From the NCBI GenBank assembly GCA_030704615.1, contig CM060732.1, forward strand, positions 75,888,001 to 75,952,000: a stretch of DNA of 64,000 nt. Reading direction: 5' to 3'. Within the stretch, counting starts at the first letter, position 1, and the number at the start of each line of letters is the position of its first letter. The notes under the pieces are model-generated. The model was given only the letters and a program-made list of their open reading frames with translations. It was not told the DNA's origin and did no database searches. Positions 24,720 through 37,992 of this stretch are shown piece after piece. The translations under genes were made by a program, and so were the position numbers. The stretch is from Takakia lepidozioides. Lineage: Eukaryota > Plantae > Bryophyta.

Positions 24720-26588
24720 ATGGCAGGATTGCTTCAGGGACAAATATTTGCTGCAGATCAGACTGGGGGCTGGGGAAGCACTTCCACTATCGCAACAATC
24801 AAAAGAAGGCTAACAGAGGGAGTCGACAAAAGCACATTTGGCGCTCATGGGGATGTGATGGCATTGTGTAAGGAGGGAAGACTGAAGGAGGCGCTGCAGA
24901 TGCTGGAACAAGAAGGCATTCAAGCAGATCCAATCTCTTATATTTGTCTTCTGCAGGGGTGCATCAAGATGAAATCCCTTGCACAGGGAAAGCAGGTGCA
25001 TTCCCACATTACCCAAAGTGAATTTAAGGCAAATATCTCTTTAGGTAACACCCTTGTCAACATGTATACCAGGTGTGGGAGCATGGTGGATGCACGTCAA
25101 GTGTTTGAGGAAATGCCTCAACGAGATATATTCACGTGGACTATGTTGGTGGCAGGATATGCTAAGCATGGACATCCTTGGCAGGCTTTCAAAGTCTATG
25201 AACAAATGCAACAGGAAGGAGTGACACCTGACAAGGTTATGTTCGTCTGCATTCTCAATGTGTGTGCCAGTCTAGGAGCCCTGGATATGGGCAAGCAGCT
25301 CCATGCTGACATCATCAAATCTGGAATTGTATCAGACGTTGTTTTGGAGAATAGCATTGTTAACATGTATGCTAAATGTGGGAGCTTGAAGGATGCACGT
25401 CGAGTGTTTGATGAAATGGCCAAACGAAATGTGGTCTCATGGAATGCAATTATTACAGGACATGCTCAGCAAGGGCATGGTGAAGAGGCTCTCAAAATCT
25501 ATGAGCAAATGCAACTGGAAAGGGTCAACCCTGACAATGTGACATTCATTTGCATCCTCAATGCATGTGCCAGCACCAGAGCCTTGGAAAAGGGTAAGAG
25601 GGTCCATGCCGACATCATCAATGCTAGAACTGCATCAGATATTAAATTGGAGACTGCCCTTGTCGACATGTATGCCAAATGTGGGAGTGTAAAGGATGCA
25701 CGAAAAGTGTTCAACCAGATGTTGACACGAAATGTGATCACCTGGACCGTGATGATAACTGGATATGCTCAAGAGGAGCATGGTGAGGAGGCTCTCAGAA
25801 TGTATGAACAAATGCAACAGGATGAGGTTAAGCCCAATGAGGTCACATTCATTTGCATTTTGAATGCGTGTGCCAGTCTTGGAGCCCTGGAAAAGGGCAA
25901 GCAAATCCATACTGACATCGTCAAAGCTGGAATTGTTTCATACATTCATTTGGAGAATACCCTTCTTGACATGTATGCCAAGTGTGGGAGTGTAGAGGAT
26001 GCACGTCTAGTGTTTGACAAGATGGCCACACGTGATGTGGTCTCATGGAATGCAATGATTGAAGGCTGTGCTCAACATGGGGGTGTTAGAGAGTCCCTCC
26101 ATCTATTTGAACAAATGCGGCAGCAAGGCTTGAAGCCAGACCATATTACCTTCCTTTCTGTCATTTCTGCCTGCAGGCATGTGGGCCTAGTGGATGAAGG
26201 CCGTCACTACTTTGATTGCATGAGGCGTGATTATGGCCTCACACCGAAAGCGGAGCATTTTGGCTGCATGGTGGACCTCCTTGGCCGAACAGGGCTATTG
26301 GATGAAGCCGAGGACTTGATAAACAAAATGCCAAGTGAGCCAGATGCTTCAGTGTGGAGGGCCTTGCTTGGTGCCTGTAGAATACATAGTGACTTACAGG
26401 TTGCAGAACGGGCTGCTAGATGCATTCTGAAGAGCAATCCACAGCACTCTGAAGCTTATGTTCTGCTATTGGACATCTATGCTGCAGCTGGTAGGTGGGA
26501 TGATAAAGCAAAGTTGACACAATTGATGGAGGAGAGAGGTGTCAGCAAGGAGCCCATGCAAACGTGCATTGAGGTCAACAACCAGTAA
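24720..26588 (+). CDS. PLS-class pentatricopeptide repeat protein, E-type (no DYW)
   Basis: Uninterrupted ORF of P-L-S triplets with E1/E2 (HFGCMVDLLGR, VWRALLGAC, AYVLL), ending KEPMQTCIEVNNQ*. The ATG at 24720 was chosen by homology with the third PPR gene (MAGL). Confidence 0.92.
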   Translation: MAGLLQGQIFAADQTGGWGSTSTIATIKRRLTEGVDKSTFGAHGDVMALCKEGRLKEALQMLEQEGIQADPISYICLLQGCIKMKSLAQGKQVHSHITQSEFKANISLGNTLVNMYTRCGSMVDARQVFEEMPQRDIFTWTMLVAGYAKHGHPWQAFKVYEQMQQEGVTPDKVMFVCILNVCASLGALDMGKQLHADIIKSGIVSDVVLENSIVNMYAKCGSLKDARRVFDEMAKRNVVSWNAIITGHAQQGHGEEALKIYEQMQLERVNPDNVTFICILNACASTRALEKGKRVHADIINARTASDIKLETALVDMYAKCGSVKDARKVFNQMLTRNVITWTVMITGYAQEEHGEEALRMYEQMQQDEVKPNEVTFICILNACASLGALEKGKQIHTDIVKAGIVSYIHLENTLLDMYAKCGSVEDARLVFDKMATRDVVSWNAMIEGCAQHGGVRESLHLFEQMRQQGLKPDHITFLSVISACRHVGLVDEGRHYFDCMRRDYGLTPKAEHFGCMVDLLGRTGLLDEAEDLINKMPSEPDASVWRALLGACRIHSDLQVAERAARCILKSNPQHSEAYVLLLDIYAAAGRWDDKAKLTQLMEERGVSKEPMQTCIEVNNQ

Positions 26589-27724
26589 TCATATTGATAA
26601 TCACATTTTGCAGATGGCAAGAGTCACGCAATGTCATAGACAGATAATTGTGGTACTGTTTGTAAACACACACTATAAAGGAGAAAGTGCAACAACTGCA
26701 CTCCTGGTTCTGATCCATTGTTCTGGAATTGGGCCCCAAGGGTACCCCTTGGTTGTTGCGAAAGAAATTTATCCTTTGCAGGGCTTTTGGGTCTACCGGT
26801 CTTTTTGGCATAGCCCTGGTGTGTCGGAGTAGCCAACATTCTCAATGCGAGTTTCCTCACGAGTGTACGGTATGTGCGGTGAGCAGCAGACCTTAAGCAA
26901 CTCCTGGATCTTATGTGTCACATTGTATGGAATTCCAAGCAAGTTGATCTAAAGGAAAGAAAGAACGAAGACTGAGCACCCATCGGTTGTGGTGAAGAAA
27001 CCACTAATTTCTCATGAATTGCCAGGTCCCAAGCGTTAGATCACATCTTGAAGGTTCACCCTTCACAGCGAAAGATGTTCTGTTCAAGACTAGACTAAAA
27101 ATAATAAGAAAGAGATGCTCAGGTTGAGAATGATTTTGTGTACCCTGCAAGGATTTTTAAGAAAGACGAAATTCTTGCCGGCAGGCACAACAGCAATCTC
27201 GGCCATTGTCATCCGGGCCTTTCGCTGGAGCCGCTGAAGGCCTTGAACTACACCAACAAAGCTGCAGACATTTTACTGGAAGAAATCCACAGCAGGGTCA
27301 AGCAAGGCTGTAGAGAAACATGACAATGACCGACTGTCTTCATGGCCTCCTCAATCAGTTCCTTCAACTTGTTGTGGAGTATATGAAACTTTAGATGCAT
27401 TTTGCTTTTATTGCACGAGAGAGAGGGAGAGACAGCGAGAGAGAGAGAGAGGCAGTCTGCTTCTTGTGAGCCTCGTGACGAAGCTGGTTTCGGGCCCAGC
27501 ACTCAGCCGCTATCTACAAAAACAAGCAGCATCATCAGGCCGCCCAGCACTTGACAATTGACGGAAGAACCTCAGTGACCGCTCAATTGTTGGTATACTG
27601 CACCTTAGCGAGACAAGGAACGTACCGAGGTCGTTACTTGACGATAGCAGGATATTCTGAGTCGTGCTCTGGGTTTTGGAAGGTGCTTGAGCTTTGCTGG
27701 TTGAAGTGGAGTCTGATGTGTCGA

Positions 27725-28866
27725 AGGTTGTGGTGGAACTAATGGGTGCACCGGTGGTGTTCACCGTGAAGTCCAAAACATCAAGGAGTTCCAACATAAA
27801 TGTACACAGGAGGGCCCGTGTCATGGAAACTACGTTATTGGGTGAAGCAGAGCTAGCCGCCATGATAGAAGCTCGAGGACAAGCCGAGGGTGGATCGAAA
27901 TCCGAGTATGGTAATAATTCTGGATTGAACATCTGTGCTCAATTGAAGTTCCTAGGACGGAGTCGAGATTTTGTGGGGTGGCACATTATGGTCGAAGCTC
28001 AGTGTCTGGTCAGACGGAGGCTGACGGTGGGAAAAGGCGGATGATTGTACATGAGAACGATCCACAGTGAGAGTGGCTTGAAGGGCTTCCTTGTGGTCCG
28101 CCACCAGCTCCTTTAGTATCTTCTGTTTTGTCACTTTGGACATGAGGAGCGTACGCCGGTGAAATGTCGCCCAGAGCTACTATAGCACTTGTCAATGAAC
28201 ATGGAGACAATCGGAAGGTCGCAAAGATCTTCCGTCCGAACGATTTCTTGCACACAGCCCAAGCAATGAGCGTCGAACGTTTATGGCAGGAGTTATTTGC
28301 AGATCCTTCACAGTGGTGGGCCAGCAGGTTACTAAGGTGAGGAGCACGTCCCTTGTGCCCGAAACAATCTGTCAGCAAGGTTTTTGAACAGAGTGGCATG
28401 ATTATGTCCTTGTTAATTGATTCAGTTGGGTTAGATAAGTGCCTCTGTTTCTCCTTTATCTAAATAACTACATTCTTCGGTCTAGTTCTCAGCATGAGCG
28501 ACTCGGTTCTTTCTTTCAAGTGGGATATGAAAGTGATGACTCGAGCTGTTTGCTTTGTTCAAAAGGTGCTTGCAAGCAGTACTGGTTCCATGAGGCCGAT
28601 CCGGAGCTGTCAATGATTTGTGTCTAAATTGTTTTTGTAAGACTTATGGTTGCTTAGCTGTGCACCAGTGTTTCTTCACAGAAAAATAGAAAATGTTGGG
28701 GCTTCAAACCTAATCAACAACAGGAGGGGGCCCGATGGATGGAGAGTTGGTGGAACTATCCTTGGGTGCAAGCAGATCTAGCAACCATGTCACCCTGTCC
28801 TCCCCCAGCTGGTGGTGGCTCTTATTTCCATATGCAGCATGGATCTCCAGGCCGAGAATACAGCGG
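27725..28866 (+). other. Two decayed OSB-type PDF motifs in exons 5' of the PPR-DYW gene
   Basis: 27725-27865 reads RLWW..EFQHKCTQEG..WV(E)AELAAM. 28266-28336 reads MSVERLWQELFADPSQWWASRL then GTGAG. 28682-28866 reads KNRKCWGFKP..RWMESWWNYPWVQADLATM..GREYSG then GTATG. Confidence 0.7.
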
Positions 28867-29056
28867 GTATGGTTTTGTGGAGAATGATTAGTTTCAACTT
28901 GGAGTAGTTTACATTGCCACAGTTTCTATTTGGAAGTAGATGACTACAGTAGCACTGTCATGCCCATAAAATTGAGCTGAAAATCAGTCCTCAGGTGGAG
29001 ATTTTTGCCCATGGAAGTTTGTGATATTTTACATAAAGAATTGTAACTAGCAAGTC

Positions 29057-32000
29057 GTGCAGGATTGCAGGGTTTTATCCTTGCCAAAGTTTGTTGCATA
29101 TCAGACTAGCACTCTTCAAAGAGAGGGGGTCAACAATAACACATCTGGCACACATGGGGATGTGAGGAGACTGTGTAAGGAGGGAAGACTGAAAGAGGCG
29201 CTGTGCATTCTGGACCAACGAGGCGTTCAGGCAGACTCCAATACGTATGTGGCTCTCTTGCGGAGTTGCATTAATATGAAATCCCTGTCAGAAGGAAAGC
29301 GCGTTCATTCCCACATTATGCAAAGTGAATTCAAGCCAAGCATCTTTGTTGTCAACACCCTGGTCAACATGTACGTGAGGTGTGGGAGCATAAGGGATGC
29401 AAGACAAGTGTTTGAGGAAATGTATCAACGAGATACGTCCACGTGGACTATGATGATAGGAGGATACACCAAGCATGGGCATGCTGAGGAGGCTTACAAT
29501 ATGTATGAGCGAATGCAACAGGAAGAGGTGATGCCTGACAAGGTCACGTTCATTTGTACTCTCAATGCATGTGCCAGTGTAGGAGCCCTGGGAAAGGGCA
29601 AGCGGGTCCATGCTGACCTCATCAAAGCTGGAATTGCGCCATACATAACTTTGGACAATACTCTTGTGGATATGTATGCCAAATGCGGCAGTGTGAAGGA
29701 TGCACGTCAAGTGTTTGATAACATGGCCAAACGAGATGTGATCTCATGGAATGCAATGATTGGAGGATACACACAGCAAGGGACTGGTGAAGAGGCCCTT
29801 AAAATCTATGAGCAAATGCAACACGAAGGAGTGGAACCCAACAGGGTCACATTCATATGCCTTCTCAATGCATGTGCAGGCCTTGTGGCCCTGGAAATGG
29901 GCAAACGGGTCCATGCTGATGTCATCAAAGCTGGAACTGAACCGGACATTATTCTGGAAACCACCCTGCTTGACATGTATGCCAAATGTGGGGCCCTAAA
30001 TGATGCGCGTCGAGTGTTTGACGAGATGGCCACACGGAATGTGATCTCCTGGACTGCAATGATTGCAGGATATACCCAGCATGGGCAGGGCGAAGAGGCT
30101 CTCAAAGTTTATGAGCAGATGCAATGGGAAGAGGTGATGCCCAGTGATGTCACATTCATTTGTGTTCTTAATTCCTGTGCCAGCCTCAGAGCCCGTGAAA
30201 AGGGTAAGCAGGTCCATGCTGACATTATCAAAGCTGGAATTGTGCCACGTATGAATTTGGAGAATGCCCTTCTTGACATGTATGCCAAATGCGGGAGTGT
30301 GAAGGATGCACATCAAGTGTTCAATCAGATGGCCACACGAGATGTGGTCTCATGGACTGCAATGATTTCAGGATACATTCAGCATGAGCATAGTGCAGAG
30401 GCTCTCAAAATGTATGAGCAAATGCAAGTGGAAGAGGTGACACCTGACAAGGTTACTTTCATTTGTGTTCTCAATGCTTGTGCCAGCCTAGGAGCCCTGG
30501 AGAAGGGCAGGCAGCTCCATGCTGACATCATCAAATCTGGAATTCTGTCCTCTATCGACTTGGAGAATACTCTTATTCATATGTATTGCAAATGCAGGAG
30601 CATAAGGGATGCGCGTCAAGTGTTCGACAATATGTCAAAACGAGATGTGATCTCATGGAATGCAATGATTGCAGGATATGCTCAAAATGGCCCTACTGAA
30701 GAGGCTCTCAAAATCTATGAGAAAATGCAATGGGAAGGTATGACACCCGACAAGGTCACATACGTTTGCATTCTCAATGCCTGTGGCAGTTTAGGAAACA
30801 TGGAAATGTGCAAGCACGTCCATGCTGACATCATCAAAGCTGGAATAATGCCATATGCTAATTTAGATAATGCCCTTGTTGACGTGTATGCCAAGTGCGG
30901 GAGCATAAAGGATGCTCGTCAAGTGTTTGACACAATGGTCATACGAGATGTGGTCTCATGGAATGCGATGATTGCAGGATATACTCAGGATGTCAATAGT
31001 GAAGAGGCTCTCAAAATTTATGAGCAAATGCAACAGGAAGGGGTGTTGCCTGACAAGGTCACATTCATTTGCATTCTCAATGCATGTTCTGGGCTTGGAG
31101 CTCTCGAAAAGGGGAGGCAGGTCCATGCTGATATCATCAAAGCTGGAATTGCATCACATCTGAATTTGGAGAATAGCCTTGTTGACATGTATGCTAAATG
31201 TGGGAGCATCAATGAGGCCCGGCAAGTGTTCGATAAAATGGCCAAACGAGATGTGGTGTCATGGAATACGATGATTGCAGGATGTGCTCAAAATGGATGT
31301 GGTGGGGAGGCCCTCCAACTATTTGAACAAATGCAACAGCAAGGCCTGAAACCTGACGGTATCACCTTCATTTCAGTTATCTCTGCATGTAGCCATGTGG
31401 GCCTAGTGGATGAAGGCTGTCACTATTTCGTTTCCTTGAGTCAAGATCATGGCCTCACGCCTACAATGGAGCATTTTGGCTGCATGGTGAACCTTCTTGG
31501 CCGTGCAGGGCAATTGCATGAGGCAGAGGACTTCATTATCAAGATGCCAGTTGAACCTGGTGCTTCAGTATGGATGGCTTTGCTTGGTGCCTGCCGAATT
31601 CATGACAACATGAAGATGGCAGAACACGCTGCAACATGCATTATGAAGAATGATCCACAACATCCTGCAGCTTATGTGCTGCTGTCAAACGTCTATGCTG
31701 CGGCCGGCAGGTGGGACGATAAAGAAAAAGTTAGAAAAATTATGGAGGACAAAGGTGTAAGAAAGGAACCCGGGCGCAGCTGCATTGAGATGAACAGCCA
31801 GGTGCATTCCTTTGTTGTAGATGACAACTTACATCCACAAATTGACGATATCCATGCTGAGCTGAAGAGATTGTCCAAGCAGATGAAGGAGGCTGGGTAC
31901 ATGCCTGATACACGCTTTGCATTACATGACGTGGAAGAGGAGGAAAAGCATTTTTCTCTTTGCCACCACAGTGAGAAGCTAGCCATTGCTTTTGGGCTGA

Positions 32001-32176
32001 TCAGCACGGTCCCTGGAATGCCTCTCCGTGTCATCAAGAACCTTCGGGTTTGTGGTGACTGCCACACTGCCACCAAATTCATCTCGAAGATTGTTGGGCG
32101 AGCGGTAGTTGTTAGAGATTCCAACCGCTATCACCACTTCCAAGATGGAGTGTGTTCTTGTGGGGACTATTGGTGA
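29057..32176 (+). CDS. PLS-class PPR-DYW protein, putative organellar C-to-U RNA editing factor
   Basis: 1039-codon open frame with many PLS triplets, E1/E2, PG-box KEPGRSCIE, zinc-binding HSEKLA and LRVCGDCH, and a C-terminal DYW. The true start is probably in an upstream exon. Confidence 0.96.
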   Translation: MQDCRVLSLPKFVAYQTSTLQREGVNNNTSGTHGDVRRLCKEGRLKEALCILDQRGVQADSNTYVALLRSCINMKSLSEGKRVHSHIMQSEFKPSIFVVNTLVNMYVRCGSIRDARQVFEEMYQRDTSTWTMMIGGYTKHGHAEEAYNMYERMQQEEVMPDKVTFICTLNACASVGALGKGKRVHADLIKAGIAPYITLDNTLVDMYAKCGSVKDARQVFDNMAKRDVISWNAMIGGYTQQGTGEEALKIYEQMQHEGVEPNRVTFICLLNACAGLVALEMGKRVHADVIKAGTEPDIILETTLLDMYAKCGALNDARRVFDEMATRNVISWTAMIAGYTQHGQGEEALKVYEQMQWEEVMPSDVTFICVLNSCASLRAREKGKQVHADIIKAGIVPRMNLENALLDMYAKCGSVKDAHQVFNQMATRDVVSWTAMISGYIQHEHSAEALKMYEQMQVEEVTPDKVTFICVLNACASLGALEKGRQLHADIIKSGILSSIDLENTLIHMYCKCRSIRDARQVFDNMSKRDVISWNAMIAGYAQNGPTEEALKIYEKMQWEGMTPDKVTYVCILNACGSLGNMEMCKHVHADIIKAGIMPYANLDNALVDVYAKCGSIKDARQVFDTMVIRDVVSWNAMIAGYTQDVNSEEALKIYEQMQQEGVLPDKVTFICILNACSGLGALEKGRQVHADIIKAGIASHLNLENSLVDMYAKCGSINEARQVFDKMAKRDVVSWNTMIAGCAQNGCGGEALQLFEQMQQQGLKPDGITFISVISACSHVGLVDEGCHYFVSLSQDHGLTPTMEHFGCMVNLLGRAGQLHEAEDFIIKMPVEPGASVWMALLGACRIHDNMKMAEHAATCIMKNDPQHPAAYVLLSNVYAAAGRWDDKEKVRKIMEDKGVRKEPGRSCIEMNSQVHSFVVDDNLHPQIDDIHAELKRLSKQMKEAGYMPDTRFALHDVEEEEKHFSLCHHSEKLAIAFGLISTVPGMPLRVIKNLRVCGDCHTATKFISKIVGRAVVVRDSNRYHHFQDGVCSCGDYW

Positions 32177-33683
32177 AACAAGCAACATGCAGGAGTGTGT
32201 TCTTGGAATGGGAAATTCTTGAGGTTATTCTTGAGGTTCAATGTCATAAAGGCAGGCAGGCTTGTGTGAAACCCCCAGAACACGTAAACGGCAATCCAAT
32301 ATGAGTATGGGGCAAGAACAATGGCTGTTATTGGCTCCAGGGTAGAAGAAACTGCCAGCATTGCAGGTTCAAAAATCAGCCAACCATCAAGCCCTAAAAT
32401 ATACCCTAATATTTTTCTTCTTGGCTTTCTGATGAAGTTGTCATTGCTGTTGCTACTGAATCTCTTCTTGCCCTTCACTACAACTTTTTCATTTCCTGTT
32501 ACTGATGCAAGTGATGATGCTATGTCAGCACTCAGAAGCGATCTGTCTGCAACTCAAATAGCAGGGAGTGAGTTGTACAGCTGCTTGAATTGCACCTCAC
32601 TCATGGCGCATGGGGGACAGGAGAGACTGCTGGTTATGCGAGGGAGGCTGTGCCACAATGATATGACTTCCAGCAGCTGGCCAGATGGATTCAGCAGGCT
32701 TCTCCTTTAAGCACCTTGCTGTTCATCTGCAAGGTTCGTCCTTGCTGCTGCACAGTGCACTCTTCTGGCCAAGCCCGCCTCTTGCTATGCACCAGACTCA
32801 TTTCCCCCTTTTCCATTTCAGTAAGTAAAGCCGTTGTTGGAATCAGAACCTACAGGTCCGTCTGCTGTGGACATAGGCCCAATGGACAAATATCACTTGG
32901 TATTCGGACCGGAGGCCTATGCAAAAAACTTGCATAAGCATGTTGACGTATGTCAATGGCAGGCCCTTTGTGTACATAGTTCAAGCTTGGTCAAATCCCT
33001 GAAGCTCTTTGGGCTTTAGGTCGGATTGGTCTCATCACATGTTCTTGTTGATGGTGCCTCTTTCCAAAGTTGGGCTGGGCTGAGTGCACTTGGCGGGTGT
33101 CACTAACTGATATCCCCAAACACACCAAGTTCCAACTGACACACCAACTGCTCAGGAACACATGGAGGCAGGTGGCATTGACTTGATAGTACCTCCATTC
33201 TAGCATGATCACTTTCAGTAATGTCTTGCTGGGGTGCTGATACTACCTCTCTATGTTCAACATCTGGTTTAGCCATTCTATTCTCAGGGACCAGAACTGT
33301 GGAAGCTGTATAAAAACCCAATTTGTGATCAACAATTTGTTTTTGGTAGAATGAAAGTTTGCAAATGATCTTCAACGGCGAGCTTCGTACCAAGGAGTAG
33401 CCTGTCTGTGAGAGAGAATCATATAATAAATGAAAATTACAAAAAAGGAGCTTGTTACGACGTAAAACAATCTTCTCTTCACACTTCAACCTCAGGAAGC
33501 TCCTCACCTGAATATCTGCAGGCTACATACCATCTACAGTTGCAAGCTACATCAGAAGAGAGGTATGAATGTGCTGAAGTGGTTCGAAAGGAAAAAAATC
33601 AGGTCATAAAAAGAAGTCCATGGCAGAGAGAATGGCAAGTACTGACGCCACAATCTGAGCAGATAAGTGCAAATGATACAGGC

Positions 33684-36600
33684 CTATTTGCGACGAGTCC
33701 CTCGTGGTTTGGGTTTCACAGCAGCTGTTGTCTGCACACATCGTCCATCACCCTCGTCAAATTCCCACTCCAAGAAAAAAAAGAGCCAGGAAGAGAAGAT
33801 CAAACCAGCCAAACTTCAGCTATAGAGCATATCAGATGAGACAATGGCTGGTATTCTATCTCAGCTCTACCCGCTTAAACAGAAGAAGACAGCGGAGGTA
33901 AGCTGACAAGGAGTCAGTCTACTGCCTACAGTGCGACCCTGTCACTTTCATAGACTGGCTTGAACATAAGATTTGACAGCATGTAGGTCTACAACCTCGC
34001 GAGGCGTTGTGACCCACTAGGAGTGTAGCCTCCACAGGCGGATTTACACCTAGGACAAGCTGAAGTCTAGGAACGGGACCTCACTACCAGTTCTTCCACT
34101 GGAAGCTATCTCTGGAACACAAACCCTTGCCCAACCAACTGCTGCCAATCAAGGGAGTGATGTGTGCATGCACAAATACCCCAGTTGATAGGTCTGACCC
34201 ACTTGTTAAAGAGCTCATGGGCACAAAAAATAAATTCCTCGACAGTTGTCACAAGTTCAAAGAAGCAGGAGAAATAGAGATTAGGCATAAACAATACGTA
34301 CTCCTGTTGTTGAGCCTATTCCAAACAAAGGCGCTCCCATATTTGTAGCACCTGCCATTTTATCATCAGCACACATCCCATTCATCAGTTTATCCTCCAA
34401 TGCACTGTAATGGCCGTTGTGAGGAGATAAATGATCTCAAGAAGCTGGACAATGAGCTGGTAAAAAAAGGGGAAGAAGGTGTTCACCAAATGTAGGTGGT
34501 GCAGGGGTGCTGAAGAGGGGGCTAGAGGAGGGAGCACCTCCCGTCAATCCACTTCCACTTGATGATGCCCCAAACAAGCTGGTGGCAGATGCTGTCGCTG
34601 CTCCCAACAAGCCTCCTGACTGCACAGGGGTAGAACCTGCACAATCCCAGCTCTTAAGCACAAGCATCCAGCAGACTAGCTACAACCATCCCTTTAGCAT
34701 GGACTGTCATGAGGCGTCAGCATGCAGGTGAGTAATGCTGTACCCTGGTTCTGTCCCCAGCAAGTGACTCCACATTAATGTGCATGAAGGACACACCATC
34801 CCTTTCATGTCCCCACTGTACTAAGCACACATGACAGGCCAACTATCCATGGTGACATAGAATTACACCTTATATCCTAATCTCCAACTCACACTCATCT
34901 CAAACTTCACGCCAGGAATGTCAGCAATTCCCCATAATGAGGCATCAATGAAGCAGCAAGAGATAGCACCCACCTGCAGGTGGCAATGCGGGGACTGAGA
35001 AGGAGGATCCAAACAGTGATGGTGATGAGGCCGCTGCAGTAGCAGTAGTATTGGCAGCCCCTGAACCAAATAGTGAAAGTGCTGTAGTGGCGGGTGTGCC
35101 AAACAAAGATTGAGAGCCCATGTTTGATGTTGGCTGGCCTTGGGTAGCCCGCGTTGAGGAGGATATGGGAGCCGGGGGCGGTAGGTGGAGTGTAGGGTGT
35201 AGAACACGCTTGGCAGCAGCATCGCGCTGGGCCACAGCTCGTCGCTCTGCCTCTACAAAAGGGTTGCTGTCATCACCACATCGCCGCCTTCCTCCCAGAA
35301 AGGCCGAACGCATCGCCCCTGTGTGCTGGTGCAGTGATTCCACCTGACGACCACAGTTGGTCAGACCCACTCTTGCATCTACATTACCTTGCAGTTAGGA
35401 TGTGTCCTACCTCAAATCCTTTCACTCTGGCTCTCCCACGCTATCCAGCAGAAAGGTCCATAAGAAAATGAAAGCGATGAGAATACTTACGTGTTCTTCA
35501 ATATGCTTGCAGAAAGTGTCTAAGCTACACAATTGATAGTACATACCAGCACCCATAAGCTTTGAGGTAAACCAATGTCATCGACAGAGCAAAAAGAAGA
35601 AAAGGTGGCGTAACAGGGTATTCCAAAGACACTTTTCCAGCTCAATGACTGATAAACTGTGCCTAGGCTTCATTGTACCAGCATACATCTCATTCTCCAT
35701 ACATCTTGAGCTATCTTCTTCCCCCTTGATCTCCTCTCTTCGACATCCTGCTTCTTAGCCTTTCCAGTTGCTAAAAACACAAGACACACAAAGTGCTCAC
35801 CTCAGCCGCAACATGGATGAAGAAATCATGCACATTGGTCATGACAGTCGGCAAAGATTGCAACAGGGACAGTTGGGAGCCAAAGCCAGTCCCCTTTTCT
35901 GTGCGTGCTAGTAGCAACCGCTCCAACTCCTCGATGCGCTGTCGATAATCAGACAACTGGCGCTCAAATCTGGTCACAGTTTGTTGCAGGAATTGGGAGG
36001 GCTTTGCAGGTGGGCCACTGTAGAAGTCAAGCAGCAGTCCTTGGGCCATCGTACCTCGAGGGCGCATCAGCAGGAAAGAGCGCACCGCTACCTCTGCATG
36101 CCGCAACATCTGCAGGCTGGCCTCTGCCTGCCCCTCTCTAACTGCTCCTGCCTCCCTCTCGACAGCCCCCGCTACTCCTGCAAGCTCCTGCTGATTGCCC
36201 TCCCCCCCTTTTGTCACCTCTCTCCCTGTGGTGGAGCTTTGGAAAGTGACCAGCTCTTGTCCAACTGCTCTGCAGCAATGCAGAGCAAAGATCTGGGAAG
36301 AATGGGTTTTAAGATAATACCAAACTCAATTGGCAGCGCATCCTTCTTGGTGTTGCTTGAAGAAGGGCAGGAACAGAGGCAGAAAAGCACCTGAGAAATG
36401 CGGGCAGCATCAAGTTCAAAGCCCTTATCCAAGGCAACTGAATCAGATCCCCGCTCTCTCTGCTCCAGCCTCCGACTCTCCTCTCTGTACTCCCGCACTC
36501 TCTCCCTACATCCCAACCTCCTCATCCTTAGACACCATGCCATACGTCACTTCATTTTAAAAGAGCCTGACTGTCAGATCCCAACTGTAGCCTGAGGCAA

Positions 36601-37346
36601 TTGGAACATAGAAATGGAACACTGCCTACTCCAATCCGAACCTAAAGGAGCTTTACTTAACCTGCGCTGGTGACTGCCTCTCGGCAGTAGGCATGCATTT
36701 TATCTACAGGCATTACCAAGCTCTGCAAGTATGGTTCAAAACAGCCACACAGTACACCACCCTTCTGCATGTACATGGCTTGGACGCACCTAGAGGTAAT
36801 ATGCACACCTAGAACAGAAGGTCCTTGACAATTCACAACGCTCCAACTTTCTGATCCTCAAAACGTTGCACGTTATGCACCTCACTGTCTCTTAGACTAA
36901 CCCACTTTCCGCCAATCGAACCTCCAATGCCCCACTTAGGAGAAATAAAGATAGTTGCCCTTCGAGTGAAAAAGCAGGGGAGGTGGGGAATACTTGCAGA
37001 CGATCTCCGGACTTGATCGACAAGCACCTACAAGGGATGCAATCTGAACTCGCTAGACAATATCAAAGGATCTTGATGGACACAAATGACGGAAAAGCAA
37101 AGAAAAGAGCTGCAGGGCACATAAGCATGGTGCTCGCCCCAAGAAATAAGGTTGAACAGTGGTTGAATGTAGTCTGACTTACTCAACGTGCAGCAGAAGC
37201 TGTTGGGAATCAGCATGAAGGTCTGCCCATTTAGCCTGGTTAGACACAGACATGCGCTGTGTACTAAGGAGATGAATGTGGCCGCCCTGCTGCTGCTGGA
37301 GGGGCGATGCAGGCTGCTGCTGAGCAAATCGGAGGAGCGGTGACAT
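33684..37346 (-). CDS. NUP58: Nuclear pore complex protein Nup58-like, 7 exons
   Basis: KWADLHADSQQLLLHVE; GFELDAARISQ; MLRHAEVAVRSF..DFYSG..KPSQFLQQTV..LQSLPTVMTNVHDFFIHVAAE; NPFVEAERR..AAAKRV.HPTLHLP; LFG repeats; last exon TTAAVKPKPRGTRRK* (33731-33684). Confidence 0.88.
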
Positions 37347-37992
37347 TCCCCCTACCTCACTCCACCATGCGCGCTCCATTACTCGCTTCCGTTACAGAGA
37401 GTCACCATCCACTACGCTCTCTGATGGGTCAGTAATTCCTCTCCAAAGTGAGTGAGTTCTGCGCTCCTCTCTGAGATGAGTTCTTCTTTCTTTCGTTGCA
37501 ACAAACTGGGCTATTCCCGCTCATTTCTCTATTTCTGTGAGATGAAATCTAAATCTATAACGTATGTGGCATTTGACTATGCCTTGACTAGTACCAGGCT
37601 GCGCTGGGGCCTCGAAATTCTTGAGACTGGACCTCTGATGAGAGCGAAAAGAGTGTTCTTTCTCCCGCGTTTCAAATGTGCTGAACAGAATCAAGACCGG
37701 TACCTACACACTACACACACAGTCCAAGCCGTTGTGTACTGTAGCTTTTTGCTTCTTCGCATACGTTTACTTTGAGAACGTGTTCTCAAAGTAAAAAGGG
37801 AGTTCCTTATGCCCCAACTCTTCCTCGCCCTCTCTTAAAACCCTGGCTGCTCGAGTGTCTCGTCTCCCCCTATAAGTTGGTTTCCTTCTCTGGCTTTTCT
37901 TCAACTGTGAAGATTGCACATAGATTTTCCTTCCCATCTCTGCTTTTGGGGGTTTATTGTATTTTTCCTTTTAGGTGGGATAGGATTCCAGC

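Noticed and set aside
27500-27720. Full OSB gene with an SSB/OB-fold upstream of the PDF motifs
   Set aside because: No OB-fold signature could be read in any frame; only PDF motif remnants are supported.
31760-32176. Reverse (U-to-C) editing DYW:KP-type domain
   Set aside because: The domain has PG-box PGRS, HSEKLA and a terminal DYW, i.e. canonical C-to-U features rather than the HAE motif or GRP/DRH endings of KP types.
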